64,000 nt of DNA from an uncultured bacterium (GCA_963695095.1 CAVOFT010000001.1:1984001-2048000); one strand, 5' to 3'. Positions 48,003-60,597 are shown, counted from the stretch's first letter. Notes: generated from the sequence alone by a model not told the origin. Made by a program: numbers and translations.

Positions 48003-49117
48003 GCCTGCCCCCCGAGCAGCTCCTCGGCGAGGGCCGCCACGCGCTCGCCACAGCCCGGCTCCCCGAGCAGAGCGCGCAGGCGAGCGCAGCCGGCCAGCTG
48101 GGCGCTCCGGGCAGGGCCGTCCTCCAGGAGCGGCGCCACGGCGGCCGCCAGGCGCGCCGGGCTGAGCGCGCCCTGCACCAGCTCCGGCACCAGCTGCTCG
48201 CCCGCGACGAGGTTCACGAGCGCGATCTGCTCGAGGCTCACCAGCCGGCGCGCCAGCTGGTAGTTGAGCCAGCCCGTGCGATAGACGACCGCCATGGGCA
48301 GCCCGGCCACAGCCGCTTCGAGCGTGGCCGTGCCGCTGGCCACGATGGCCGCCCCCTGCCGGGCCAGGAAGCCGGCGCTCGCCTCGCGACAGCGCCGGAC
48401 AGCGAGCGGGGCGGCCGCCAGGAGGCGGTCGTAGCAGGCGGGGGCGAGGCCCGGCGCTTCCAGCAGCTCCACCTCCAGCTCGGGGCGCGCCGCACGGAGC
48501 AGCGCCGCTGCCGCCAGCATCGGCTCCAGCAGGCGCTCCACTTCCTGGGCGCGGCTGCCGGGCAGGAGGCCCAGGCGCGCGCTGGCGGCCGCAGGGGCCA
48601 GGGGCCGGGCGCTGTCCATCAGCGGATGCCCGACGAAGCTGCCCGCCACGCCCCGCGCTGCGAACCAGGCCGCCTCGAAGGGCAGGATGAGGGCCAGGCG
48701 GTCCACGTCGCGGCGGAGCCGGGCCAGGCGCCCCTCGCCCCAGGCCCAGACCTGCGGCGCCACGAAGTAGAGCACGGGCACGCCCGCCCGCCGCGCCTTC
48801 GTCGCCAGGCGCAGGTTGAAGCCCGGAAAGTCCACGGGCAGGAAGAGGTCGATGCTGCCGCTCGCCAGCAGATCGCCCAGCGCGTTCAGGCGGCCCCGCA
48901 GCGCGGGCAGGCGCCGCAGCACCTCGGCGAAGCCCATCACCGCCAGCTCGCGATAGTCGACGAGCAGCTCCGCGCCTGCCGCCGCCATCCGCTCGCCGCC
49001 CGTGGCGAGCAGCCGCCAGTCGGGATGCCGGCGCCGGAGGGCCGCGACCACGGCGGCGCCCGCCTGATCGCCGCTGGCCTCGCCGGCGGTGATCAGGACC
49101 GTGCGCGCCGCCCGCAT
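47999..49117 (-). CDS. lpxB: Lipid A disaccharide synthase
   Basis: AGEASGD, VMGFAEV, DFPGFN, PQVWAW, LPFE, VGHPL, LPGSR, SGTATLE. Confidence 0.96.
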   Translation of the reverse strand: MRAARTVLITAGEASGDQAGAAVVAALRRRHPDWRLLATGGERMAAAGAELLVDYRELAVMGFAEVLRRLPALRGRLNALGDLLASGSIDLFLPVDFPGFNLRLATKARRAGVPVLYFVAPQVWAWGEGRLARLRRDVDRLALILPFEAAWFAARGVAGSFVGHPLMDSARPLAPAAASARLGLLPGSRAQEVERLLEPMLAAAALLRAARPELEVELLEAPGLAPACYDRLLAAAPLAVRRCREASAGFLARQGAAIVASGTATLEAAVAGLPMAVVYRTGWLNYQLARRLVSLEQIALVNLVAGEQLVPELVQGALSPARLAAAVAPLLEDGPARSAQLAGCARLRALLGEPGCGERVAALAEELLGGQA

Positions 49118-49118
49118 C

Positions 49119-50096
49119 TCAAGTCCCACGCTGCACGGCCTCCAGGATGCGCAGGGCCAGTCGCAGCGCCCGCAGGCCGTCCTCGCCGCTGACGGGCATT
49201 GGCTCTCCGGCGGCCAGCGCCCGCGTGAAGGCCTCCAGCTCCAGGCGCAGCGGCTCGGCCTTGATGACGGGCACCGGCACCTGCTCGACGAGCTCCTCCA
49301 GGTGCAGGGCGGCCAGGCCCTCCGGCGTGGCCATCGCGGCCGCCAGGCGCGCGGGGAAATCCGCCCGCTTGCGAATGAACTCGACGCTGCCGGCGAGCAG
49401 ATCGATGGCGAGATAGCCGTCCGGCTGGAAGATGCGCAGCTTGCGCATGCGCTCCCGGCTGATCCGGCTGGCCGTGATGTTGGCGACGCAGCCGCCGGCG
49501 AAGCGCAGCCGCGCGTTGGCGATGTCGATGCCTCCGGTCAACACCGAGCTGCCGCTGGCGTCCAGGGCGGCGACCTCCTCGCCGATCACCATGGCCAAGA
49601 GGTCGATATCGTGGATCATGAGATCGAGCACCACGGCGACCTCGGCGCCGCGGGCCACGAAGGGCGCCAGCCGGTGGCTCTCGACGAAGCCCGGACGGCG
49701 CAGGTGGGGCAGCGCGGCCAGCATGGCCGGGTTGAAGCGCTCCACGTGCCCTACCATCAGCTGGCGGCCCTGCCGCGCCGCCTCGGCAAGGATGGCCTCG
49801 GCGCCGGGCAAATCCTCGGCCAGGGGCTTCTCCACCAGCAGGTGGCAGCCGGCGGCGAGCGCGGCGACGGCCACGTCGCGGTGGGCGGGGGTCGGCACGC
49901 AGATGCTGAGGGCCTCGGCCGCCGCCGTCAGGGCGGCCAGGTCGGCGTGCACCCGGCAGCCCAGGCGTTCGGCGCAGCGGGCAGCCGCCGCCGGGTCCTG
50001 GTCGTGCACGCCCACCAGCTCCACATCCGGCAGCTCGCTGTAGATGCGCGCATGCAGGGATCCGAGATGTCCGCAGCCCACCACGCCGACTTTCAC
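49119..50096 (-). CDS. Gfo/Idh/MocA oxidoreductase (GnnA-like position in the lpx operon)
   Basis: GCGHLG, VEKP, GHVERFNP, LDLMIHDID, ITASRIS; directly upstream of lpxB. Confidence 0.88.
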   Translation of the reverse strand: MKVGVVGCGHLGSLHARIYSELPDVELVGVHDQDPAAAARCAERLGCRVHADLAALTAAAEALSICVPTPAHRDVAVAALAAGCHLLVEKPLAEDLPGAEAILAEAARQGRQLMVGHVERFNPAMLAALPHLRRPGFVESHRLAPFVARGAEVAVVLDLMIHDIDLLAMVIGEEVAALDASGSSVLTGGIDIANARLRFAGGCVANITASRISRERMRKLRIFQPDGYLAIDLLAGSVEFIRKRADFPARLAAAMATPEGLAALHLEELVEQVPVPVIKAEPLRLELEAFTRALAAGEPMPVSGEDGLRALRLALRILEAVQRGT

Positions 50097-50121
50097 CTTG
50101 ACCTCCCTTGACAGCCGGCGA

Positions 50122-50150
50122 ATCTTAGTCGGCCGACGCGGGCACCGCAA
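50122..50150 (-). promoter_or_regulatory. Sigma-70 promoter for the oxidoreductase-lpxB-DUF374-lpxK block
   Basis: TTGCGG-17 nt-TAAGAT, 26 nt upstream of the GTG start. Confidence 0.55.
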
Positions 50151-50167
50151 GTGAACCCTGGCCGCCC

Positions 50168-50875
50168 ATGGTCGAGGAGGTCGCCCTCATGCAGATAGCG
50201 CTGGCAGCAGAACTGCGCGGGCAGGTGATCGCCGTCTGGTTCAGCCTCGATGGGCTCCACCACCGCGAGCATCCCGACTTCCGCGGCGAGGTGGCGCGCG
50301 TCGCCGCCGACCTGCGCGCCCGCTGGGGCGACGCCAGCCCGGCCGGCATTCCCCTGCTCGCCCCCGCCCGCCGGCTTTACAAGGCCACCGGCCTGGATCC
50401 CACCCGGCATCGCCCATCGAGCGAGGCCCTGCTCAGGCGCCTGCTCCTGGGCAAGGAGCTTTACCGACTCGATCCCGTCGTGGACACCGGCAACCTCTTC
50501 TCCCTCGCCCACGGCCTCCCGCTGGGCCTCTACGATCGCGAGCGCATCGACGGGGACGTCGCTCTGCGCCTGGGCCATCCGGGGGAGCAGTTTCCCGGCA
50601 TCCGCAAGGCGCCGGTGAATGTCGCCGGGCGCCTCTGTCTCGCCGATGCCGCGGGCGCCTTCGGCTCGCCGAGCTCCGACTCGGCGCGCACGGCCATCAC
50701 CGAGATGACCCGGCAGGGCCTGGCCCTGCTCTACGCGCCGGGAGATTATGCGCCGGAGCGCCTCGCGGCCGAAGGCGCTGCCCTCGCGGCCGCCTTCGGC
50801 CGCTGGAACGGCGCCGTCGCGAGTGCGCCGCTGTTGCTGGGCGCGGGCAGCCCCACGGGCGGCAGCGCTACTTGA
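50168..50875 (+). CDS. Stand-alone B3/4 domain protein (PheRS-beta editing-domain homologue)
   Basis: GLDPTRHRPSSEALLRR, VVDTGNLFS, LPLGLYD, GSPSSDSART. Confidence 0.88.
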   Translation: MVEEVALMQIALAAELRGQVIAVWFSLDGLHHREHPDFRGEVARVAADLRARWGDASPAGIPLLAPARRLYKATGLDPTRHRPSSEALLRRLLLGKELYRLDPVVDTGNLFSLAHGLPLGLYDRERIDGDVALRLGHPGEQFPGIRKAPVNVAGRLCLADAAGAFGSPSSDSARTAITEMTRQGLALLYAPGDYAPERLAAEGAALAAAFGRWNGAVASAPLLLGAGSPTGGSAT

Positions 50876-51653
50876 CGATGCCGCGGGTGCTGGCCCGGAT
50901 GAAGGCCACCAGCTGGCGCACTTCCGGCGCCTCCGGGAACTCGGCGTCCAGCTCTGCCAGGGCCTGCGAGGTGTTGAGCCCGCTGCGATAGAGCAGCCGA
51001 TGCGCACGGTGCAGTGCCTTGATGCTCTCCGGGCTGAAGCCGCGGCGCTGCAGGCCGACGCTGTTGGGACCGGCGATGCTGAGTGGATTGCCGGCGCCGC
51101 GCATGAAGGGCGGGATGTCCTGCGGCACGCGGCTGCCCCCGCCCACGAAGGCATAGGCGCCGATGCGCACGAACTGGTGCACCGGCGTCACGCCGCCCAC
51201 GCTGGCGAAGTCCTCCACGCTCACGAAACCGGCCAGATTGACGCTGTTGGCGAGGATCACCCCGTTGCCGATCGCGCAGTTGTGCGCCACGTGGGTGTAG
51301 GCCATCAAGAGGCAGGCTTCCCCCACGCGCGTCGCGCTGCCGGCGCCAGTGCCGGGATTGAGCGTGGCGTACTCGCGGATCACCGTATCGGCGCCGATCA
51401 CCAGCTCGCTCGCCTCGCCGTGATACTTGAGGTCCTGCGGCGGACTGCCCAGCACCGCGCCCTGGAAGATGCGGCAGCGCGGACCCAGGCGCACGCAGCC
51501 CTCGATGCGGACGTGGCTGCCGATCTCGCAGCCTTCGCCGATCCGGGACCCGGCGGCGATGATGCTGAAGGGACCCACGCGCACGCCGGCACCCAGCTCG
51601 GCGCCGGCCTCGACGAGGGCCGTGGGGTGGACTTGCTGGCTGCTCTCGCTCAT
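50868..51653 (-). CDS. lpxA: Acyl-ACP--UDP-N-acetylglucosamine O-acyltransferase
   Basis: VHPTA, PQDLKY, IREY, HVAHNC, VHQFVRIG, NSVGLQRRGF, RGI. Confidence 0.97.
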   Translation of the reverse strand: MSESSQQVHPTALVEAGAELGAGVRVGPFSIIAAGSRIGEGCEIGSHVRIEGCVRLGPRCRIFQGAVLGSPPQDLKYHGEASELVIGADTVIREYATLNPGTGAGSATRVGEACLLMAYTHVAHNCAIGNGVILANSVNLAGFVSVEDFASVGGVTPVHQFVRIGAYAFVGGGSRVPQDIPPFMRGAGNPLSIAGPNSVGLQRRGFSPESIKALHRAHRLLYRSGLNTSQALAELDAEFPEAPEVRQLVAFIRASTRGIVK

Positions 51654-51665
51654 GGTCGCCTTCAA

Positions 51666-52980
51666 TCAGCGCTCGATCACCTGGGCCATCAGCTCGGCTT
51701 CGGCGACGAGCTGGCCGTCGACGTAGGCTTCGCCGCGCATCTTGCAGCCGCTCTTGCGCAGGCGGAGCATGGTCAGCTCCAGGCGCAGCTGGTCGCCGGG
51801 CAGCACCGGCCGCCGGAAGCGCGCGCCGTCGATGCCCATGAAGTAGACGAGCTTGCCGGTCGGGTTGTCCACCGTCGACAGGAGCAGGATACCGCCCGTT
51901 TGCGCCATCGCCTCGAGGATGAGCACTGCCGGAAAGATCGGATGGTCGGGGAAGTGCCCGTTGAAGAAGGGCTCGTTGATGCGTGACGTTCTTGACGCCC
52001 ACCACGCGTTCGCCGTCCACCATCTCGACCAGCCGGTCGACGAGCAGGAAGGGATAGCGATGGGGCATGATGCGCATGATGTCCCGGATGTTCCACTCCA
52101 GCGGCGCGTCGCCGATGTAGGTGCGGTCCAGCCGGGCGGCCGCGTTGGCGAGCAGGCGCGCGAACTTGCCGTTGGAGACGTGCCCGCTCTTGTGGCTGAT
52201 GATGTGGCCCTTGATCGGGCGGCCGACGAGCGAGAGGTCCCCGAGCAGGTCGAGGATCTTGTGGCGCACGAACTCGTTGGGGAAGCGCAGCGGCGTCTCG
52301 TTCATGATGCCGGCGGGACCGACGACGATGGCATTGTCCATCGTGCCGCCTTTGATCAGGCCCTGCTTGCGCAGCCGCTCGACATCCTCCCAGAGGACGA
52401 AGGTGCGCGCGGCGGCGATCTCGTCCTCGAAGGTCTGCGGGTTGATGTCGAAGGAGGCGTACTGGGTGCCCAGCACCGGCTCGTCGTACTTGATCGTGAA
52501 GCTGACGCGAAAGCCGTCGTAGGGCAGGGCGAGCAACTCGATATCGTTCTCGACCAGGCTGATCGGCTGCTTGACCTCGAAGTAGCGTACCGGCGCGCCC
52601 TGGCCCACGATTCCGGCCTCCTTGATGCGGGCGACGTAGTCCGCGCAGCTGCCGTTGGCCGGCTCCGCGGGCTCGTTGCTGTCCAGTTCGACGACGACGT
52701 TGTCGAGGCCGAGGCCGGTCAGGGTGGCCAGCACGTGCTCCACCGTGTGGATGCTGTGGCCGTCGCGCGAGAGCGTGGTGTTGCGAAACTCCTCCGTCAC
52801 CGCCGGCGAGAAGTCGACGTGAACGGGAAAATCCAGCGGTGGATCCAGATCGACGCGCCGGAAGACGATGCCGGTGTTGGGCGGCGCCGGGTGGAAATGC
52901 ATGCGCACGGGATTGCCCGTGTGCAGCCCGATGCCCTCGTACACGAGATCGCGGGCCAGCGTCCGTTGCTGCCTGATCAC
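51666..52980 (-). CDS. lpxC/fabZ: Bifunctional LpxC/FabZ fusion; one apparent frameshift near 51981
   Basis: [31 protein letters not shown], then [15 protein letters not shown] / [27 protein letters not shown]. Confidence 0.95.
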
Positions 52981-54077
52981 GGGGCAGTGTCCTTTGGCGC
53001 CTGGGAATCGCCGCGCAGGCGGGCGACCTCCCCTTCCAACTCGCGCACGCGGCGGACCAGATCCGGCAGCCGCGTCAGCGCCGCCTGCAGGCGGCGCGCC
53101 TGGTCGTGCGGGCGGGCCGGGTAGCCGGACACCGAGGCGTTCGCCTCCACCGACTTGGTGACGCCGGCCTGCGCCCCCACCTGGGCGTGATCGCCGATCT
53201 CGATATGCCCGGCGAGGCCGGCCTGCCCGGCGATCTTGACGCCCTCGCCGATGCGGGTGCTGCCGGAGATGCCCGCCTGGGCGACGATGATGCTGTGCGT
53301 GCCCACGCGCACGTTATGGGCAATCTGCACCAGATTGTCGATCTTGCAGCCTGCGGCGATGCGGGTCACGCCCGTCGTGGCGCGGTCGATGCAGACGTTG
53401 GCCCCCAGCTCCACGTCGTCGCCGAGCTCGACATTTCCGATCTGCGGGACCTTGCGGTGGGCGCTGCCGTCCCAGGCGTAGCCGAAGCCATCGGAGCCCA
53501 CCACCGTTCCGGCGTGGATGATCACGCGCCGGCCAAGCTGGGAATCTTCGCGCAGGGTGACGTTCGGGAAGATGATGCACTCGTCCCCGATGACGACGCG
53601 CGCCAGCACCACGACGCCAGGCATCAAGACCACCCGCTTGCCGATCACGCAGTCCGCGCCGATGTGCACGAAGTCCCCAACATGGCAGTCCGCGCCGAGC
53701 CGGGCGCTGGCCGCCACCGCCGCGTGGGCGCTCACGCCGGGCGTGAAAGCGCCCCGCAGCGGGCGCGAGAAGAGCTGGATGGCGGTCAGAAAGCTGAGGT
53801 AGGGATCGTCCACGCGCACGGCCGCCAGCCCCGCCACGGCGGCCTGCCGACCCACGATGAGCGCGCTGGCCTGCGTTTCCTTCACGTAACCCTGGTAGCG
53901 TCCGTTGGCCAGGAAGCTGATCTGGCCGGGCGCCGCCTCGCGGATACCGGCGATGCCGGTGATGACGAGTTCAGGGTCGCCATCGCAGTCGCCGCCCAGG
54001 GCCTCTGCAATGGCGCCCAGGGTCAGGCGGCAAGCGCCGCCAGTCGCCCCCCTCGGCTCGTAATCGGGCTCCGTCAA
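52977..54077 (-). CDS. lpxD: UDP-3-O-acylglucosamine N-acyltransferase
   Basis: GSDGFGY, KVPQIG, IDRAT, KIDNLVQIAHNV, AQAGISGS, SGYPA. Start codon uncertain. Confidence 0.96.
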   Translation of the reverse strand: MTEPDYEPRGATGGACRLTLGAIAEALGGDCDGDPELVITGIAGIREAAPGQISFLANGRYQGYVKETQASALIVGRQAAVAGLAAVRVDDPYLSFLTAIQLFSRPLRGAFTPGVSAHAAVAASARLGADCHVGDFVHIGADCVIGKRVVLMPGVVVLARVVIGDECIIFPNVTLREDSQLGRRVIIHAGTVVGSDGFGYAWDGSAHRKVPQIGNVELGDDVELGANVCIDRATTGVTRIAAGCKIDNLVQIAHNVRVGTHSIIVAQAGISGSTRIGEGVKIAGQAGLAGHIEIGDHAQVGAQAGVTKSVEANASVSGYPARPHDQARRLQAALTRLPDLVRRVRELEGEVARLRGDSQAPKDTAP

Positions 54078-54096
54078 GATCGCCACCCTTCGGGCC

Positions 54097-54621
54097 TTAG
54101 CCCTTGGCATTGATCGCCGCAGCGACGCGGGCGTCAAGACTGATCTCCGGGCGCCAGTAAACTAGCACACCATTGACGTCGAATACCAGATCGTAGCCGT
54201 CCTCTTCGGCAATCGTCTTCACCGCCTGGCGGATGCGCTCGTAGATCGGCTCGCTCAGCTCCATGTTGCGGCGCGCCGCTTCGCCCTCGGGGCCGAACTT
54301 ATCCTGATCGTACTGGTAGAGTTCGCCCTCCATCTGCGCGATCTCGGCCTGGCGCCCCTGCTGGGTCTCGGGCGTCATCATCAAGCGCTGCACCGAGAAA
54401 TTCTCGCGCGCCGCGAGCAGCTCATCCAGCATTTGCTGCTTCTGCGCCTGCCAGGCCTCCAGATCCTTGTTGAAGATCTTGAGCGCCTCGGAATAGCCTT
54501 CGTAGTTCTGGAACAGACTCTGGACGTCCAGGACGCCCACCTTGAGATCGGCAGCGCGGCCGGTTCCCGCCGTCAGCAGGGCCAGCAGCGCAGCCAACAT
54601 GAAGTGTCGCAGGCAGCGCAT
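54097..54621 (-). CDS. skp: Skp/OmpH periplasmic chaperone
   Basis: Signal peptide, KVGVLD, coiled coil, GYDLVFD; lies between bamA and lpxD. Confidence 0.9.
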   Translation of the reverse strand: MRCLRHFMLAALLALLTAGTGRAADLKVGVLDVQSLFQNYEGYSEALKIFNKDLEAWQAQKQQMLDELLAARENFSVQRLMMTPETQQGRQAEIAQMEGELYQYDQDKFGPEGEAARRNMELSEPIYERIRQAVKTIAEEDGYDLVFDVNGVLVYWRPEISLDARVAAAINAKG

Positions 54622-54635
54622 GGCGGATATCCTCC

Positions 54636-56921
54636 CTAGAAATCGGTTCCCATCTTGAAGTGGAAGCGGCCGCGGTCCTCGCCGGCCGCCGGATCGAGCG
54701 GATAGCCCCAGTCGAAGCCCAGAACCCCCACCAACGGCACTTCGATGCGGGCCCCGAAGCCAAGCGAACGCTTCAGCGTTGTGAAGTCGGCCCCGGCCAT
54801 GGAATTCCAGGTCCCACCGAAGTCGAAGAAGGGCGCGACGATCTGCACGTTGTTGCCCACGCCCAGCACGAGTTCAACGGAACCCGTCGTCATCGCCCGG
54901 CCACCCAGAAAGGCCGTGTTGCCGTAGGGCACCACCGAGTAGTCCTCGTAACCGCGCAGGGGATTGGTCCGATTGCCGCCGAGGCGGAAGCGCTCCTGAT
55001 CGGGCACCTGGCCGGGGCGGTCGAGCCCGTCGACGAGGCCCAGGGTCTGATGGAAGCGCAGCACGAAGGGCCCGCGCACCCGCTGGTACCAGGTGTAGTT
55101 GCTCAGGTACTTCTGGTAGTGGAGATTGCCGCCCAGCGCGCCGCCGGCGAACTGGGCGCTGAAGCGCTGGCGCGTGCCCCCGCCCGGCAGGAAGGGGCTG
55201 TCCGTGGAGTCGCGCCAGAGGCTGAGCGTGACGCTGCTCTCGATCTCGGGCCAGTCGCGCTCGGCCAGGCGACCGCCCAGAGCCAGATAGCTCTGGCTGA
55301 AATCGTAGAGGCGGATGCTCTCCAGGCGGTAGGTGGCGCTCATCCGCGTGTACTCGAGCCAGGGGAAGGGCCGCCCCGCGCCGAGGGAGAAGCCCAGCTT
55401 CTCGTCCTTGTAGTACTCCCGGTAGAGGTTGCTGCGGCTGCGGTAGACGTTCGCGCTCAGCGTGAACGGGCGATCGCGAAACCAGGGCTCCGTGTAGCCC
55501 ACGTTGAAGAGATTGATGCGACTGCCGAACTCCCACTGGAAACTGAGCTGCTGGCCGCGCCCCCGGAAGTTCTGTGCCCCCACCTGGATGAAACCGGTGA
55601 CGCTCGTGGCTTCGCTGTAGGTGATGCCGGCGCCGAAATTGCCCGTCGAGCGCTCCACGACGCGATAGATGAGGTCCACCTCGCCGGTGGCCGGATCGCT
55701 GCGGGGCTCGAACTGGACATCGTCGAAGAAGCGCAGCATGTAGATGTCCCGGTGGCTGCGCACCACTTTTTCGCGGCTGAACAGCTCGCCCGGATAGATC
55801 TTGATCTCGCGCCGGATCACCTTGTCGAGAGTCTTGTCATTGCCGGCGACCACCACCTCGCGCACGCGCGCCAGCGGACCCTCGACGATGCGCAGCGACA
55901 GGTCCACCCGGCGCTCGGCGAGGCCGCGCTCCGGGCGCACCTGATTGTAGAGATAGCCCTGGTCGTAGAGGGCGGTCGAAATCGCCGCGACGCCGCGATC
56001 GAGGGCCCAGCCGTCGAAGGGCGCGCCCGCCGTGAACGGCAGGAAATCGCGAATCACCGAATCAGCCAGGGCGCTGTTGCCGGACCACTCGAGATTGCCG
56101 AAGGCGTAGCGCTCCCCCTCCTCGATCCGATAGGTGAGCGTCACATCGTCCTTCTTCTCCGTGAACTCGCGGCCGACCTCCGTTACCTTCGCATCCAGGT
56201 AGCCGCTCTGGTTGTAGAGGCGCGTCAAGCGCGTGACGTCGGCGGCCACGCTGTCCGGCTGGTAGACATTGTGATTCCCCCAGCTCTGCGGCGAGTAGAG
56301 GCGCTTCGGCTTGTTGCCGATCGCGTCGCGCAGCTCGCCCCTGGACAGGCCGCGATTGCCCACGAAGCGCACGTCGCGCAGCTTCGTCTTCTCGCCTTCG
56401 CTGACCGCGAAGGTGAGGCTGGCCCGGCCGTCGGTTTCCGCGATGCTCGTCTCCACTTGGGCGGCGTGGTAGCCCTGCTCCTGGCAGTGCGCAAGGATGG
56501 CCATCTTCGCCTGCTCGAGCAGGTAGGGCCTGAGGTAGCTGCCCTGCGTGATGCGGATCGCCGCGGCGAGATCCTTCTCCTTCGTGTGCTTGAGCCCTTC
56601 CCAGCGCAGTTCCGCCACGCGGGGGTGCTCGTGCACGCGCAGCTCGAGCTCGGCGCCGGTGGCCCCGGTCGGGGCGGCCCAGATCTCGAGCTGGGCGAAG
56701 CGTTGGCTGCGCTGGAGACGGCGCAGGGCGTCCGCCAGGTCGTCCCGCTCGACCGTGTCCCCGGCCGCGATGCCGAACTCGATGCCGATGCGCTCGGCGG
56801 GCACGGTTTGCTGGCCGGAGATGCGGAGGGAATCCACGGTGAAGCGCTGGGCCGCCGCCGGTGCGGGGGCGAATGCCGGCGCGGCAAGGAGCAGCAGAAG
56901 TCCCAGGACCCGTCGCAGCAT
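54636..56921 (-). CDS. bamA: Outer membrane protein assembly factor BamA
   Basis: Signal peptide, POTRA repeats (GNDKTLDKVIRRE), LRGY, C-terminal FHFKMGTDF. Confidence 0.95.
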   Translation of the reverse strand: MLRRVLGLLLLLAAPAFAPAPAAAQRFTVDSLRISGQQTVPAERIGIEFGIAAGDTVERDDLADALRRLQRSQRFAQLEIWAAPTGATGAELELRVHEHPRVAELRWEGLKHTKEKDLAAAIRITQGSYLRPYLLEQAKMAILAHCQEQGYHAAQVETSIAETDGRASLTFAVSEGEKTKLRDVRFVGNRGLSRGELRDAIGNKPKRLYSPQSWGNHNVYQPDSVAADVTRLTRLYNQSGYLDAKVTEVGREFTEKKDDVTLTYRIEEGERYAFGNLEWSGNSALADSVIRDFLPFTAGAPFDGWALDRGVAAISTALYDQGYLYNQVRPERGLAERRVDLSLRIVEGPLARVREVVVAGNDKTLDKVIRREIKIYPGELFSREKVVRSHRDIYMLRFFDDVQFEPRSDPATGEVDLIYRVVERSTGNFGAGITYSEATSVTGFIQVGAQNFRGRGQQLSFQWEFGSRINLFNVGYTEPWFRDRPFTLSANVYRSRSNLYREYYKDEKLGFSLGAGRPFPWLEYTRMSATYRLESIRLYDFSQSYLALGGRLAERDWPEIESSVTLSLWRDSTDSPFLPGGGTRQRFSAQFAGGALGGNLHYQKYLSNYTWYQRVRGPFVLRFHQTLGLVDGLDRPGQVPDQERFRLGGNRTNPLRGYEDYSVVPYGNTAFLGGRAMTTGSVELVLGVGNNVQIVAPFFDFGGTWNSMAGADFTTLKRSLGFGARIEVPLVGVLGFDWGYPLDPAAGEDRGRFHFKMGTDF

Positions 56922-56952
56922 CTTCACCCGCTCGCGAGATAGGGCGCATCCC

Positions 56953-56978
56953 AAAAAAACGGCTCCCGCAGGAGCCGT
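56953..56978 (-). terminator. Intrinsic terminator-like hairpin in the bamA leader
   Basis: ACGGCTCC-TGCG-GGAGCCGT followed by TTTTTT. Confidence 0.75.
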
Positions 56979-56989
56979 AAACCGGGGGC

Positions 56990-57018
56990 AATGTAGAAGA
57001 TAAGGAAGAGCTTGTAAA
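56990..57018 (-). promoter_or_regulatory. Sigma-70 promoter upstream of bamA
   Basis: TTTACA-17 nt-TACATT in an AT-rich intergenic patch. Confidence 0.7.
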
Positions 57019-57029
57019 GCGCTTTCGCC

Positions 57030-59525
<2,496 letters not shown>

Positions 59526-59531
59526 AGCCGC

Positions 59532-60597
59532 TTATCCTTTCAACTGGGCCGACTCGAGCGCAAGCAACCAGCTCCGGAGCCGCTCGGCCCGGCGCTCCTC
59601 GCGCGCCTCCCCATCGAGGTCCTCCCCGGCCAGCACCTGCAAGCCGCCGTCGCCCAGTTCCGCCCACATGCCTTGAACCTCTTTATAATCAATACTTTGC
59701 AGGATACCGGTCAAGCTGCCCAGGCGCAGGGCGCCAAGCAGCTCCGCCAGCCGCCTCCGCGCTCAAGAGACGACCGTAGCGCAGGCGCCCATAGGCGGTC
59801 CAGACCTTGTCCTCGAGCAAGCTCCGTGCCTCTGAAAGCAAGCGTTCACGGGCCTTTGCCTCGAACTCGCAGAGCTTGCGCACGAGCTCGCCAAAGGCGT
59901 CCAGAAGTTCCGCCTCGCTCTTGCCCAGGCTGCGGGCATTGCGCAGTTCCAGGAGGGTGCCCGGGCCCGCTCCCTCGCCCCGCAGCCGCCCGTCTCCATG
60001 CAGGGCCGCCAGGCCGCGCAGGAGGCGGGGCAGCTCGCCCCGCAGGCCCAGGGCCGGCAGATGCAGCAAGGCGCGGCATTCCAGGCCCGTCCCCGCCCGC
60101 CGCGGCGATGCGGTCAGATAGCCGAACGCCTCGGAGAAGGCAAACTCCAGGCGACCGTCCAGCTCCGCATCCAGGCTGTCCAGGTCGGCCCACAGGGGCT
60201 CCGGATACCAGCCCTCGCGCCGACTCTGGAGACAGAGGTGATCGCCGTCCCCCAGCCGGATACTCAGCCGCGGATCGGCCAGCAGCAACAAGCCCCGCAG
60301 CTCGCCGCTCGCCGCCGGTCGACGCGGCAGCAGGTCGAGTTCAGCCAGGCAGTCCGCCTCCGCCGGCGTCAGGTGCTCAGCCTCGATGGCAAGGGCGCCG
60401 CGGCAGCAATCGCACTCCGCCAGCGCCGCCAGCAGTCGCTGGCGCAGCAGCTCCCGCTCGGCCCGCCCGAGCTGGTCGGGAAAGCGCTCCGCCAGGTTGC
60501 GGCGAAGCAGGCAACTGCCGCTCAGGACAGCCGCCTGGCGCTTGCCTGGCTCCCCGGCCACGAGTCGGCCCAGGGTTGCTCGCAGCGGCGCGCTCAT
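59532..60597 (-). CDS. mcsB: McsB-like protein-arginine-kinase homologue, catalytically degenerate; one apparent frameshift near 59747
   Basis: Between mcsA and clp[39 protein letters not shown]-terminal RAERLR. Confidence 0.85.
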
